Below are positions 1 through 9,243 of a stretch of DNA of 59,401 nt, piece by piece (positions within the stretch are counted from its first letter, which is position 1; each line of letters starts with the position of its first letter). The notes beneath the pieces are model-generated. The model was not told where the DNA came from and made no database searches. It saw only the letters and a list, made by a program, of their open reading frames with translations. This DNA is from a virus. Lineage: Duplodnaviria > Caudoviricetes. Location of the stretch: the IMG/VR virus record IMGVR_UViG_3300037529_000001, positions 1-59,401 of that record; one strand, written 5' to 3'. Position numbers and translations under genes: made by a program.

Positions 1-290
1 ATAACCGACACCAGGTGAATGCATTTGTTCGACATCTTGGTATAATTCTTGAAGAAATATCTAGTGTTGAGGAAAAACTTTCACGCACAGAAGAACCGTG
101 GAATGTAGAACACCACGATGTTATTTATCCACGACCCACGCGTGATTGCTCGTGGAAGTGTGATTTTTACAAGGTGTGTAGTATGTTCGATGATGGTTCC
201 CGCGTGGAAGACATGATCTCAGAACACTATAAAGAAATAGATCCATTGGCATACTATCACCAAGATGTGAATAATGGCACAGTACAATAA
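1..290 (+). CDS. C-terminal part of Cas4-like/PD-(D/E)XK exonuclease (N-terminal part at 58695-59401)
   Basis: Frame is open from the window start. CSWKCDFYKVC supplies the three C-terminal Fe-S cysteines that complement DCRRKW at the other end of the window. Confidence 0.8.
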   Translation, partial: NRHQVNAFVRHLGIILEEISSVEEKLSRTEEPWNVEHHDVIYPRPTRDCSWKCDFYKVCSMFDDGSRVEDMISEHYKEIDPLAYYHQDVNNGTVQ

Positions 291-453
291 AAAACTTAAT
301 GCACAAAGACAACAAATCATTGCATCAGGCCGTAAAGATTCAGGTTATAGGTCGCAACACAAAAAGGGTTGTGGTTTCACACTTGTAGCTGTTGGTTTGT
401 TTATGATTGTTAGTGCAACAACACTACTGATGTATGTTATGGATGTGGTGTAA
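274..453 (+). CDS. small membrane protein (59 aa, not in ORF track)
   Basis: ATG274..TAA453 fills the gap exactly and overlaps the next ATG. Basic N-terminus, then KGCG and a hydrophobic helix. Confidence 0.6.
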   Translation: MAQYNKKLNAQRQQIIASGRKDSGYRSQHKKGCGFTLVAVGLFMIVSATTLLMYVMDVV

Positions 454-1184
454 TGGCTTGGTATGACCAACCTGACGCAGTCTTGTCAATTCTTGTACAC
501 GCGCCTGCTAAGGTCGGTAAGTCCACTCTTTCGTGGACTGCTCCTGGTCCTACACTGATCATTGATGCTGAAGGCGGAACTAAGTTCCTTCGCGCAAAAA
601 AAGTGTATTGGGATCCGTACACTGGTGCGCCGCCTAAGCATGATGGCACGTGGGATGTTTGTATTGTTAAAGTACAAACGTGGCAGACACTTGAACTTGT
701 TGAGCAATATCTCAAACAACATGCACATAGCTTCACGAGTCTTGTGCTAGATTCAATTACAGAACTTCAGCGCGTTTGTAAGTCGAATCTTCGTGGTATG
801 GATGCAATGCGCATTCAAGACTGGGGATCACTTCTAGCCCAGATGGACAATAAGATTCGTGGTTTCCGCGATCTTACTCTTATTGATGCTTCACCGATTC
901 GTTGCGTGATTTTCATTGCAGAATCAAAGAAGATTGATAATAAGTGGCGTCCATTTATGCAAGGCCAGATCGGTGTATCACTACCGTACTGGGTGGATAT
1001 CTGCGGTTATCTCTTTGTGACCACAGAACAAGATGAGAATGGTCAACCGACCAAGCAAGTTCGAAATCTTCTCATCAGTCCACATGATGAATATGAAGCG
1101 GGCGAGCGCGTCCAAGGACGACTTCCCGGTATCATCACTAATCCAAATATTAGTGATATGCTAGAACAGATTTACGAAGGATAG
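453..1184 (+). CDS. AAA_24/Sak4-like ATPase (recombinase)
   Basis: Walker A APAKVGKST, IDAEGG, Walker B LVLDSITE; lies between the exonuclease and SSB genes. Confidence 0.8.
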   Translation: MAWYDQPDAVLSILVHAPAKVGKSTLSWTAPGPTLIIDAEGGTKFLRAKKVYWDPYTGAPPKHDGTWDVCIVKVQTWQTLELVEQYLKQHAHSFTSLVLDSITELQRVCKSNLRGMDAMRIQDWGSLLAQMDNKIRGFRDLTLIDASPIRCVIFIAESKKIDNKWRPFMQGQIGVSLPYWVDICGYLFVTTEQDENGQPTKQVRNLLISPHDEYEAGERVQGRLPGIITNPNISDMLEQIYEG

Positions 1185-1192
1185 GAATCTTC

Positions 1193-1711
1193 ATGACACT
1201 TGACTGGAATACACTAATGGGTGAAGCCGAGGACGGTTTTACCCTAGCTCCTCCAGGAGATTACAACATCTTCATTAAGGAGGCTGAGGCGACAACTTAT
1301 TCCACCGGTTCTCAGGGTATCAAGGCTCGCCTTTGCATTGAGAGTGGTCCACACATGGGCGCTGTCATTTTTAACAATTTTGTGATTGTTCCTGACAAGC
1401 CTAAAGCGCTTGGCATGTTCTTCCGTAACATGAAGATTCTTGGTGCTGATGCTGATTTCTTTGCAAAGAGTCCTACTCTTGCTGAAGTTGCTGATCACAT
1501 CACCGGTCATCGAGCTGTTGTGACAATTAAGCATCGTGAATACAATGGCCAGATGCAATATGATGTTGCAGGTCTTAAGCCACCTGTTGGTGAAACTGTT
1601 GTGTCTGGCGCATCTGTTACACCTTCTTCACCATTGATTCCTTCTGTGCCTAAGATGACAGTTCCGTCAATCGTGCCGTCTTCACCGCCGCCTATTCCGC
1701 CCACGATTTAA
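1193..1711 (+). CDS. DUF669-like single-stranded DNA-binding protein
   Basis: F.L.PPGDY N-terminus, HREYNG, Pro-rich tail; follows the Sak4-like gene. Confidence 0.7.
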   Translation: MTLDWNTLMGEAEDGFTLAPPGDYNIFIKEAEATTYSTGSQGIKARLCIESGPHMGAVIFNNFVIVPDKPKALGMFFRNMKILGADADFFAKSPTLAEVADHITGHRAVVTIKHREYNGQMQYDVAGLKPPVGETVVSGASVTPSSPLIPSVPKMTVPSIVPSSPPPIPPTI

Positions 1712-1797
1712 TGTAATAGGGAAATCCTAACGTGATTTAGGGATGTTAGGACACGCAGCTAGTGGGTTTAGGCTGCACCACAGACTTAAGGATGAAT

Positions 1798-3114
1798 ATG
1801 AAAATTGGTTATGGTAAGATCGGTCGCTCTATGCCACTCTCAATCGAGAAGTGTGGAACACTTGGCGGCGATGTTGAGATGATCCCGCCAATTAAGGAAC
1901 TTGCTCTTCGTCATCCAAATGATGAATTCATTCTTGTTGGTCGTAACACCGGTGAAAATCCTGTCGATGTTGGTCTTCCAAGCAATGTCATTAATCCTTG
2001 GACTGAGTGGGGACCGGAGCTTCGAAAGCAGATCAATAAGAATGCTTTGAATCATCCTAATCTTAATGTTGATGAACACATTAAGGTAGCTGAACTTATC
2101 GATGGCATTATTGGTAACACGTTTGAAGAACTAGACTCACTCCTCCTCTGGATCGGACAGCACGGAACATCTAATCGTCCTCTTCCTGGCATTAGAGTTC
2201 CTGGTCTCACAAAGCCACAGGATTGGTGCGCATACTACTCAGGTTTTCTAATGCGTGGTGCTAATCGTTTTAGAGATTCTGATCCATTCACACGTGAAGA
2301 AATCTATCTTAATGCTGATGCGCGTAACTATCTAAAGATGCGTGACCTGGCATGGCCGCTTGAACATCCAGTGCTGACGCAGTTTACATTTGAACACACA
2401 CAGCGATATGCGCGTGGTGATCGTAATGATCTATACTTTAATCATTTCAGTCACACGTCAGATGCCAAGATTGTAAGAGATCCTGACATCTGGGAAGCCA
2501 CTGTTTCAAATGTGTATTCACGTCTTGAGATTAATGGTCTTCAGCCAGGAACTCCATTTGGTGATCTCGTTTCATTCAACGGTGATTGGATTGGTCGAGA
2601 ATCATTCGGTTTGTTCATTAATGAAGCTGCAGTGAATGTCAATGACAAAGTTAAGCGTCTCACAGCACTCCGTGATTGGGTGCTTCCACTTAATCCGCAT
2701 TTCATTCACGGAACATGGTCTAAGGGATCTCAGGAAAAGCTTAATCGCACGATTACATCTGTTCCATGGGAAGAGTATTTCCCCAATCTACATTCAGTGA
2801 AATGCACGTTCACAACACCTTCCAGTGGGTCAGGTTACGCAACTACTAAACCATGGGAAGCATTTGCGGCAGGAACTGTTTGCTTCTTTCATCCAGATTA
2901 TGACACGCAGAATAACATTCTTGGTGATGCGCAGCCTGCACTTCGTGAATGGCTTCGCGTGAAGACTCCTGAAGAACTTGAGTCTCGTGTTAAGATGTTG
3001 TCAGTCGATCAGGATGCATGGACCTGGCTTGTGCATGAACAGCGTAATCACTTTGAAGATGCAATGCGCAATCTTACTTATATGAAGATGATTGAGGATC
3101 GGATTTACGGATGA
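1798..3114 (+). CDS. GT-B glycosyltransferase resembling T4 DNA beta-glucosyltransferase
   Basis: MKIGYGKIG start and C-terminal ATTKPWEAFAAGTVCFFHPDYDTQNNIL...EELESRVKML parallel the T4 BGT C-terminal region as recalled. Start placed at ATG1798 after AAGGA. Confidence 0.65.
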   Translation: MKIGYGKIGRSMPLSIEKCGTLGGDVEMIPPIKELALRHPNDEFILVGRNTGENPVDVGLPSNVINPWTEWGPELRKQINKNALNHPNLNVDEHIKVAELIDGIIGNTFEELDSLLLWIGQHGTSNRPLPGIRVPGLTKPQDWCAYYSGFLMRGANRFRDSDPFTREEIYLNADARNYLKMRDLAWPLEHPVLTQFTFEHTQRYARGDRNDLYFNHFSHTSDAKIVRDPDIWEATVSNVYSRLEINGLQPGTPFGDLVSFNGDWIGRESFGLFINEAAVNVNDKVKRLTALRDWVLPLNPHFIHGTWSKGSQEKLNRTITSVPWEEYFPNLHSVKCTFTTPSSGSGYATTKPWEAFAAGTVCFFHPDYDTQNNILGDAQPALREWLRVKTPEELESRVKMLSVDQDAWTWLVHEQRNHFEDAMRNLTYMKMIEDRIYG

Positions 3115-4217
3115 CACGTGTAGCACTTATCACCACAACAATCAATAACCCAACAAATTTGCTTGAATGGGCAAAGACAATGGATCCTGACAAGGACATC
3201 ATTGTTATTGCAGGCGATAAGAAGAGTCCACATGAGGATATTATAAACACATGTGAATTGATTGAAGAATCAACAGGTGTGCAAGCTACATATTTTCATC
3301 CAGATAATTTCATGACATGGGAAACAGATGAAACTATTGGATATAACTGCATCCAGCGACGTAATGTAGCTTTGCTCGAAGCACTAATCGCTCAGCCTGA
3401 AATTATTGTCACAGTGGATGATGATAATTATCCGACGCATCCTAATCAAATTGATCATTATTATGAAGAGTTGTGTAAGCCACTTTCACAAGAAGTCATT
3501 ACATCAGCCACTAATGGTTGGTACAATGTCGGTCTTACATATGAACCAAGTGTCATACATCGTGGATTTCCTATTGAGCACATTCACGATAGTCCAGCAA
3601 ATGTTATTACAAGTGTGCAACAGAACATTAAACTTGGCGTCACTACGTCATTTTGGCATGGTGATCCAGACATTAGTGCACTTGAGCGTATTTATACTAA
3701 CCGTATGGTTCATGCACATGAAATTAGAGATGATTTCATCACGCTTGATATTGGCACATGGTGCCCATTCAACTCACAGGCTACTGCATTCAGAGCTGAA
3801 TTTTCTCCACTCATGATGATGTGGCCAGGTGTTGGTCGATTTGATGACATTTGGGCAAGTTATGCGATGCGTGCGGTTATGGACTTTGTTAGTTTCTATG
3901 TGAGTTATGGTAAACCACATGTTCGCCAAGATCGCAATGAACATAATCTCATTCGTGATCTTAAGGATGAGATATTTGGGTATGAACACACACTAACTCT
4001 AACTAAATTGATGCGTGACATTGATTTTAAGAATGCATCATCTACACATTATAACATCATTACACTTGCTGAACAGCTTTACGCGCATATTGTGATGAAT
4101 TTTGATCCACTACTTCCTAAGACCCGATATGCGTTCAAGGCATGGACCGAAGATATGCGTACGCTTGCAAGTGACTTTGGTGTTAACTTCATGATCAAGA
4201 AGGATGATAATGAATAG
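3111..4217 (+). CDS. STELLO/RGP (GT75-like) glycosyltransferase or NDP-sugar mutase
   Basis: Motifs TTI, GDKKSP, RRNVALL, DDDN, HRGFP, PFNSQAT, RFDDIWASY; ATGA overlap with the upstream GT. Confidence 0.7.
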   Translation: MTRVALITTTINNPTNLLEWAKTMDPDKDIIVIAGDKKSPHEDIINTCELIEESTGVQATYFHPDNFMTWETDETIGYNCIQRRNVALLEALIAQPEIIVTVDDDNYPTHPNQIDHYYEELCKPLSQEVITSATNGWYNVGLTYEPSVIHRGFPIEHIHDSPANVITSVQQNIKLGVTTSFWHGDPDISALERIYTNRMVHAHEIRDDFITLDIGTWCPFNSQATAFRAEFSPLMMMWPGVGRFDDIWASYAMRAVMDFVSFYVSYGKPHVRQDRNEHNLIRDLKDEIFGYEHTLTLTKLMRDIDFKNASSTHYNIITLAEQLYAHIVMNFDPLLPKTRYAFKAWTEDMRTLASDFGVNFMIKKDDNE

Positions 4218-4668
4218 CGATATGCTTAAGCACATGCTCGATCTGCAAGAAGAATTGCAGGTTAAAGCATATGGTGAAAATCCTGGTGAGTTTGAATCTA
4301 ATGAAGAACGTATCCAGTTCATTAAAGATATGATTCTTGCACTCACCGATGAACTTCACGAAATGCTCGGTGAAGTTGGTTGGAAGCCTTGGGCAACAAG
4401 TGATCACATCAATGAAGATGCATTCAAGAACGAACTTATTGACGCATGGCACTTCTTGATGAATCTCATGCTTGTCGTGAATATGAGTGCTGAAGAGCTA
4501 TATGAACGATACATTGCAAAGCGTCAGAAGAACATCAAGCGTCAAGACAATGGATACGACGGTTTGAATAAGTGTCCTATTTGTAAGCGCGCTTACGATG
4601 ATGATGCTGTTGAATGCAATTATACGTATGATATGAATGGCACTCCCATGTATCGTTGTTTTATCTGA
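4204..4668 (+). CDS. dimeric dUTPase/dCTPase (T4 gp56-like, MazG superfamily)
   Basis: DELHEML..WKPW..ELIDAWHFLMN..KNIKRQ; C-terminal CxxC. Confidence 0.8.
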   Translation: MIMNSDMLKHMLDLQEELQVKAYGENPGEFESNEERIQFIKDMILALTDELHEMLGEVGWKPWATSDHINEDAFKNELIDAWHFLMNLMLVVNMSAEELYERYIAKRQKNIKRQDNGYDGLNKCPICKRAYDDDAVECNYTYDMNGTPMYRCFI

Positions 4669-4680
4669 TAAGATAAAACA

Positions 4681-6294
4681 ATGTATACCGCTGTAGATGT
4701 CATGGGTTTCGCCGGTGGATTCACCATGGGTATGGTGCAGGCCGGATTTACACTTGTCGGTAAGCGCGAACTGAAAGGTGGATTCGGTGTAGCCAATTGC
4801 GAGGCAAATAGACATCTACTCGGTGATTCTTGGCAGACTGAGGCATGCGATCATAATGAATGGACTCCCGTTGATGCCAATGTAGTTTTCGGGAATCCTC
4901 CTTGCAGTGGATTTTCTGTTATGAGCAATAAAGATTTTAGAGGTGCTGACTCACCTATTAATCACTGCATGTGGGCATTTGCAGATTATGTTTCTAGAGT
5001 CAAGCCACTCATTGCTTGTTTTGAATCAGTACAGCCTGCGTATAAGCGTGAAGATGGCATTGCATTGATGCGTGCTTTGCGTGAAACAGTACAAGAACGT
5101 ACAGGTTATAGTTACACACTTCACCACGTGTTGCATAATGCATATTCAGTTGGTGGATCATCCATTCGACCCAGATACTTCTGGTTGATCTCACGTGTTC
5201 CATTTGGTGTTGAGATTCCTATCTTTGATCGTTACCCTACACTCAATGAAGTCATTGGTGATTTGAGTGATCTGGAATCTACATGGGAAATGCAGCCTTA
5301 TACTAAGGAATCGAGTTGGTGGGCAGCTTCACGCATTTCATCCAGTGGATCAGTTGATGGTCATGTTCACCTAACAAATCCTGCCATTAAGCGCATGTAT
5401 GACTTGATGGAAGGAATTGATTGGAATCCACGTGAACATATTGGTCTTGTGGCAAGAAAGTACTACCACAAGCATGGAACTCTTCCGCTGTCATGGACCG
5501 CAACACAAGACAAACTTATTAAGAATGATTTCTTCATGGGTTTCACAACTCCTGTGAAGTGGGACGGTGAAGCACCTTCTCGTGTTGTAACTGGTGCTGG
5601 ACTGCATAATATTGTTCATCCTTTTAAGAATCGTATGTTGACTCACCGTGAAGTCGCTCGTATTCTTGGATTCCCTGATGACTGGAAGATTGCGCCTCTC
5701 CAAAATCTTGTTGGACTGAGCGCCACATGGGGTAAAGGTATTACAGTTGATTGCGGCAGATGGATTGGGACATGGATCAATAATGCACTCAATGATGACC
5801 CAGGATCTCATAGAGGTGTAGAAATTGGTCCTAATGAATATACAATTGATGTAACGCACGCTTACAATCCTAGTAAGCGCTTTGGTACGGTTAAGCGTAA
5901 ATCTGTGAAAGGTAATAGAGTGACTGACGAGCTTCTTGCTGATGAGACTGAGAACACAGAAGTTAAGCCCGGTCGTAAGGGTCGTGCGCCTGGTCAGACG
6001 GCAGCGACTAAGGAGCGCGACGAATATGTCTACAACCTCATTCCGGATGGCGGTTTGGACATCAATGACCTAGTCGTTGCTGCAAACAACGAACGACCTG
6101 AGGCATACGAAGAGTTCAACTCAATGCGTGTTTACATGTCTCTTTACCGACTGCGTAAGTCGGCTGGCACTGTTGATCTTGTGCCCACTACAAATGGTCG
6201 TCGGTGGGTTCGTTCTAACGATGAGACTGTTAACAACACTGTCGACAATGGTGTTGAGACGGCAGATGAAGTTACTGAGGCTGTTGCTGAGTAA
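4681..6294 (+). CDS. divergent C5-cytosine DNA methyltransferase-like protein with in-frame acidic C-terminal extension
   Basis: Motif IV GNPPCSGFS, motif VI ESV (usually ENV), motif VIII SIRPR, motif IX RMLTHREVARILGFPDDW, motif X GKGI; motif I is degenerate (GFAGGF). Confidence 0.75.
   Translation: MYTAVDVMGFAGGFTMGMVQAGFTLVGKRELKGGFGVANCEANRHLLGDSWQTEACDHNEWTPVDANVVFGNPPCSGFSVMSNKDFRGADSPINHCMWAFADYVSRVKPLIACFESVQPAYKREDGIALMRALRETVQERTGYSYTLHHVLHNAYSVGGSSIRPRYFWLISRVPFGVEIPIFDRYPTLNEVIGDLSDLESTWEMQPYTKESSWWAASRISSSGSVDGHVHLTNPAIKRMYDLMEGIDWNPREHIGLVARKYYHKHGTLPLSWTATQDKLIKNDFFMGFTTPVKWDGEAPSRVVTGAGLHNIVHPFKNRMLTHREVARILGFPDDWKIAPLQNLVGLSATWGKGITVDCGRWIGTWINNALNDDPGSHRGVEIGPNEYTIDVTHAYNPSKRFGTVKRKSVKGNRVTDELLADETENTEVKPGRKGRAPGQTAATKERDEYVYNLIPDGGLDINDLVVAANNERPEAYEEFNSMRVYMSLYRLRKSAGTVDLVPTTNGRRWVRSNDETVNNTVDNGVETADEVTEAVAE
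5920..6294 (+). CDS. probable separately initiated 124-aa DNA-binding (wHTH-like) protein nested in frame
   Basis: GTG5920 follows AAAGGT; codon style changes abruptly; acidic termini with a basic RKGR..SLYRLRK..RRW core. Confidence 0.5.
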   Translation: MTDELLADETENTEVKPGRKGRAPGQTAATKERDEYVYNLIPDGGLDINDLVVAANNERPEAYEEFNSMRVYMSLYRLRKSAGTVDLVPTTNGRRWVRSNDETVNNTVDNGVETADEVTEAVAE

Positions 6295-6300
6295 TTAGCA

Positions 6301-6336
6301 TAAGGACTGCATTTCATAATGCAGTCCTTATTTTTT
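6301..6336 (+). terminator. intrinsic terminator
   Basis: TAAGGACTGCATT-TCAT-AATGCAGTCCTTA followed by T6. Confidence 0.85.
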
Positions 6337-6343
6337 GTGAGGT

Positions 6344-7174
6344 ATGATGCCACTGTACAAAGAGGTCCAGTATATTGGACCACCGCGCGGTTATGGCAAT
6401 GGTGCCACTAAATACGGCATTACCATTCACTCGACTGAAAATACTGCATCAGCACGTGATGAAGCACTTTATGCTAAGAATCGCACTGATTCTGTTAGCT
6501 CTCATTATTATGTTGATAAAGCCGGTGTTATCCAGTCGCTTAACACTAATTATGGTGCTTTTCACGCGGGAGCAGCATATCCAAACACATATCTCATTGC
6601 ATATGAGTTTTGCGGAAGAGCATCATGGTCTACTGCTAAGTGGATTGATAGTATAGATTTTGACGCTGCCGCTGGACAAATGGCACGTGATTGCCAAACA
6701 TGGAACATTCCAGCACGCCATCTAAGCATTTCTGCACTGCGTGGACATGAGCGCGGTATTTGCACACACAATGATTGTCGTCTTGCTTTTGGTGGCACTG
6801 ATCACACTGATCCAGGAAATAACTTTCCACTCTCACTTCTGATCGATAAAATTAATAACATTTTGAATGGAGACGATGTGAGCGCCAAGGACGTGTGGAC
6901 ATATGATCCCAATGATATTAATCAGGGTGGTCTTAAGAATCCACGCCAGCGTCATGATAGCAACACTAATCCAACAACGCAGTACGGTTTTGGTTTGGGT
7001 GACATGTGGCAGGGAATCTATGATGCGCATGACAAGATTGATGCGGCTGCGGCATTGGCAGAGAAGCGACACAATGAAGTGATGGCAGCAATTGCTCTCA
7101 TCACAGGTGGAGGTGCAACAGCGGCTGAAGTTAAGAAGCTTGTTGGCCAAGATCTATTGGATGATAATTCATAA
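6344..7174 (+). CDS. endolysin, N-acetylmuramoyl-L-alanine amidase (Amidase_2)
   Basis: ITIHSTE, SSHYYVD, FHAG, YEFCG, H..HTDPG. Confidence 0.9.
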   Translation: MMPLYKEVQYIGPPRGYGNGATKYGITIHSTENTASARDEALYAKNRTDSVSSHYYVDKAGVIQSLNTNYGAFHAGAAYPNTYLIAYEFCGRASWSTAKWIDSIDFDAAAGQMARDCQTWNIPARHLSISALRGHERGICTHNDCRLAFGGTDHTDPGNNFPLSLLIDKINNILNGDDVSAKDVWTYDPNDINQGGLKNPRQRHDSNTNPTTQYGFGLGDMWQGIYDAHDKIDAAAALAEKRHNEVMAAIALITGGGATAAEVKKLVGQDLLDDNS

Positions 7175-7183
7175 TGAGGTAGC

Positions 7184-7456
7184 ATGAGTGCTAAATCAAG
7201 TGAACCATCCATTACAGTTTCATTGACAGCAATTTATGATGAAGTGCGTGACGGAAATAAGCAAACAGCGCATGCACTTCATCGCATTGAATTGCTAACG
7301 CATGATTTCAATAATATGAAAATCATGCAAGAAAGTCTAAGAGCTGACATTGAATCACTTAAAAGGAATCGCTGGCCTATACCCAGTGTTGCTGTGATCA
7401 TTTCATTTCTTAGTCTTGCATACATAGTTTTGAAAGATTCAATTCGAGGGCAGTGA
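7184..7456 (+). CDS. coiled-coil membrane protein (lysis cassette)
   Basis: Coiled coil followed by RWPIPS and one C-terminal TM helix. Confidence 0.6.
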   Translation: MSAKSSEPSITVSLTAIYDEVRDGNKQTAHALHRIELLTHDFNNMKIMQESLRADIESLKRNRWPIPSVAVIISFLSLAYIVLKDSIRGQ

Positions 7457-7695
7457 TGAGCGATATAACTAAAAAGGTAGACGCAAAGTCACGCGCATTG
7501 CGAACTTTCTTTCAGGGTTTGGCCGTGGATGGTATTCTTGTTCTATCAGTCGTGATGTACAATGCGACTTCTTCCAATGATTTTTCGTGGAATGGAACAT
7601 ATTGGAGTGGTCTACTATTGCTCGTTGCACGAACGCTTATTCATAGTGCAGCGTCATATGCTATGCGATATTTCAAATCACCTCCTTCTGAATAG
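7453..7695 (+). CDS. holin
   Basis: RALRTFFQG plus two TM helices, downstream of the endolysin. Confidence 0.7.
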   Translation: MMSDITKKVDAKSRALRTFFQGLAVDGILVLSVVMYNATSSNDFSWNGTYWSGLLLLVARTLIHSAASYAMRYFKSPPSE

Positions 7696-7708
7696 ACTAT
7701 TTATAATT

Positions 7709-7737
7709 AACATCCCGACTAGTTCGGGATGTTTTCT
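7709..7737 (+). terminator. intrinsic terminator
   Basis: AACATCCCGA-CTAGT-TCGGGATGTT followed by TTCT. Confidence 0.7.
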
Positions 7738-7922
7738 ATTTATTCTGACGTGTTTTAGGCTCAGCGGCAGAGATTTGTGATGCTCTGAGTTCATCCCTGA
7801 TGCTCTAAAAGTCAAAACCCTATAGTTCGCTACCAAGACTAGAGTTGATCTCCTCAGGATGAATCTAGAGCGTTTGCCAACGTAGATGGCATGTGGCAAA
7901 AAATCTTGATAAAACTTTCTTC

Positions 7923-7957
7923 AAGATCGCACATTTTTCACTGGGGTCGTGTACAAT
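7923..7957 (+). promoter_or_regulatory. AAGATC-N23-TACAAT promoter
   Basis: Member of a six-copy family with fixed spacing; upstream of the DUF932 gene. Confidence 0.65.
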
Positions 7958-8031
7958 TGACATACAAGCACAAAACAAAGCAAGCGAAAAACAAGCAAAT
8001 CACATGAGAACAAGACAATAGAGGAGACTAC

Positions 8032-9192
8032 GTGTCTACTGAAGCCACCGGATCCAAGACCAAGCCGACTCCCCGCAAGCGCGGCACCTCGACTCAGTCT
8101 TCGGCTGAAAAGGCGGCTGTGGTGGAGAACGTTGAGTCTACTGACATCGTCCCTGTGGATGAAGTCATCGTGGATGAGACTGCCTCCAGCACGACTGCCG
8201 ATGAGACTGAGATTCTCGAAGGAGAACTTATCTCTGTCCAGACGCAGCCGACTGGAATGCGTATGACTCTCGGTGCGAATGACAACAGGTCGACCATGTT
8301 CACTGAGCGCACTGCTCCGTGGATGAAACTTGGTCGACTCGTAGATGGGGTTCGTACTGCACGAGACGCTGCCATTCAGGGCGGTATTGATTTCGATGTG
8401 GTGAAGGCGCCTGCTGGATTCTTTTGGGAAGGACAGTGGGTGGAGTTGACTGACCGTAAGACCATCGTTCGAAAGGACACCGGTACTCCAATGAGTGTCG
8501 TGTCTGACGGATATCCGGTCTTGCAGTACAGTGAGGCTTTCAACTTCATGGACCAGATCAATCCTGAATACATTGCCGCTGGAGCTCTTAAGGGTGGCAA
8601 GCAGGGTTTCATGGTTGTGAAGACGCCTAATCACTTCGACGTCACTGTTCTTGGAGAAGACAAGCACGAGTTCTATGTGGTTCTTCGAACGTCACACGAT
8701 CTGACGCGCGCAGTTGAAATCATGATCATGCCTCTTCGAGGTAAGTGCATGAATCAGCTGACGCTCCGTTCTCTGACTCGTGGTGTTGAGCACCGTTGGT
8801 CGGTTCGACACACGACCACGATGAATGAGAAGCTCGAAGAGGCACAGCGTGCTATTCACAAGATGGGTGACTATGTATCAGCCTTCAAGGACATGACTGA
8901 GCGTCTTGCATTGGTCAATGTCAGTGAAGTTGGTGCACGAGCGCTGATGAAGCAGATTTTCCCGGATCGTCCAAGGACGCACGAGAAGATTGACCGCATC
9001 ATCAATATGTGGAACACGTCTGAGACCGTTGCATACCCTGGCACTGGGTGGGGACTCGTCAACGCTGTCGGTGAGTATTACGACTGGGAGCGTAGTGGAG
9101 GATCCGCTGAGTCGCGTTTCACTGCTGCTCTCCAGGGTCAGACACACACTGCCATCAATCAGGTAGCTGCTCGCGTTCTTGCGATGGCGTAA
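8032..9192 (+). CDS. DUF932 family protein with acidic N-terminal extension
   Basis: PW..LG, VSDGYPVLQYSEAF, AGALKGGK, SHD, CMNQL, RHT, TGWGLVNAVGEYYDW; GGAG RBS. Confidence 0.85.
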   Translation: MSTEATGSKTKPTPRKRGTSTQSSAEKAAVVENVESTDIVPVDEVIVDETASSTTADETEILEGELISVQTQPTGMRMTLGANDNRSTMFTERTAPWMKLGRLVDGVRTARDAAIQGGIDFDVVKAPAGFFWEGQWVELTDRKTIVRKDTGTPMSVVSDGYPVLQYSEAFNFMDQINPEYIAAGALKGGKQGFMVVKTPNHFDVTVLGEDKHEFYVVLRTSHDLTRAVEIMIMPLRGKCMNQLTLRSLTRGVEHRWSVRHTTTMNEKLEEAQRAIHKMGDYVSAFKDMTERLALVNVSEVGARALMKQIFPDRPRTHEKIDRIINMWNTSETVAYPGTGWGLVNAVGEYYDWERSGGSAESRFTAALQGQTHTAINQVAARVLAMA

Positions 9193-9195
9193 TTA

Positions 9196-9230
9196 ATGAA
9201 TGAGGCTTGGGAAACCAAGCCTCATTTCAT
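9196..9230 (+). terminator. hairpin/terminator after DUF932
   Basis: AATGAGGCTTGG-GAAA-CCAAGCCTCATT. Confidence 0.7.
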
Positions 9231-9243
9231 ATTAAGGATAAAT

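Noticed and set aside
7921-8667. Long antisense ORFs (also 21057-21875 and 40435-40980)
   Set aside because: They are shadows of well-supported genes on the opposite strand and show no motifs.
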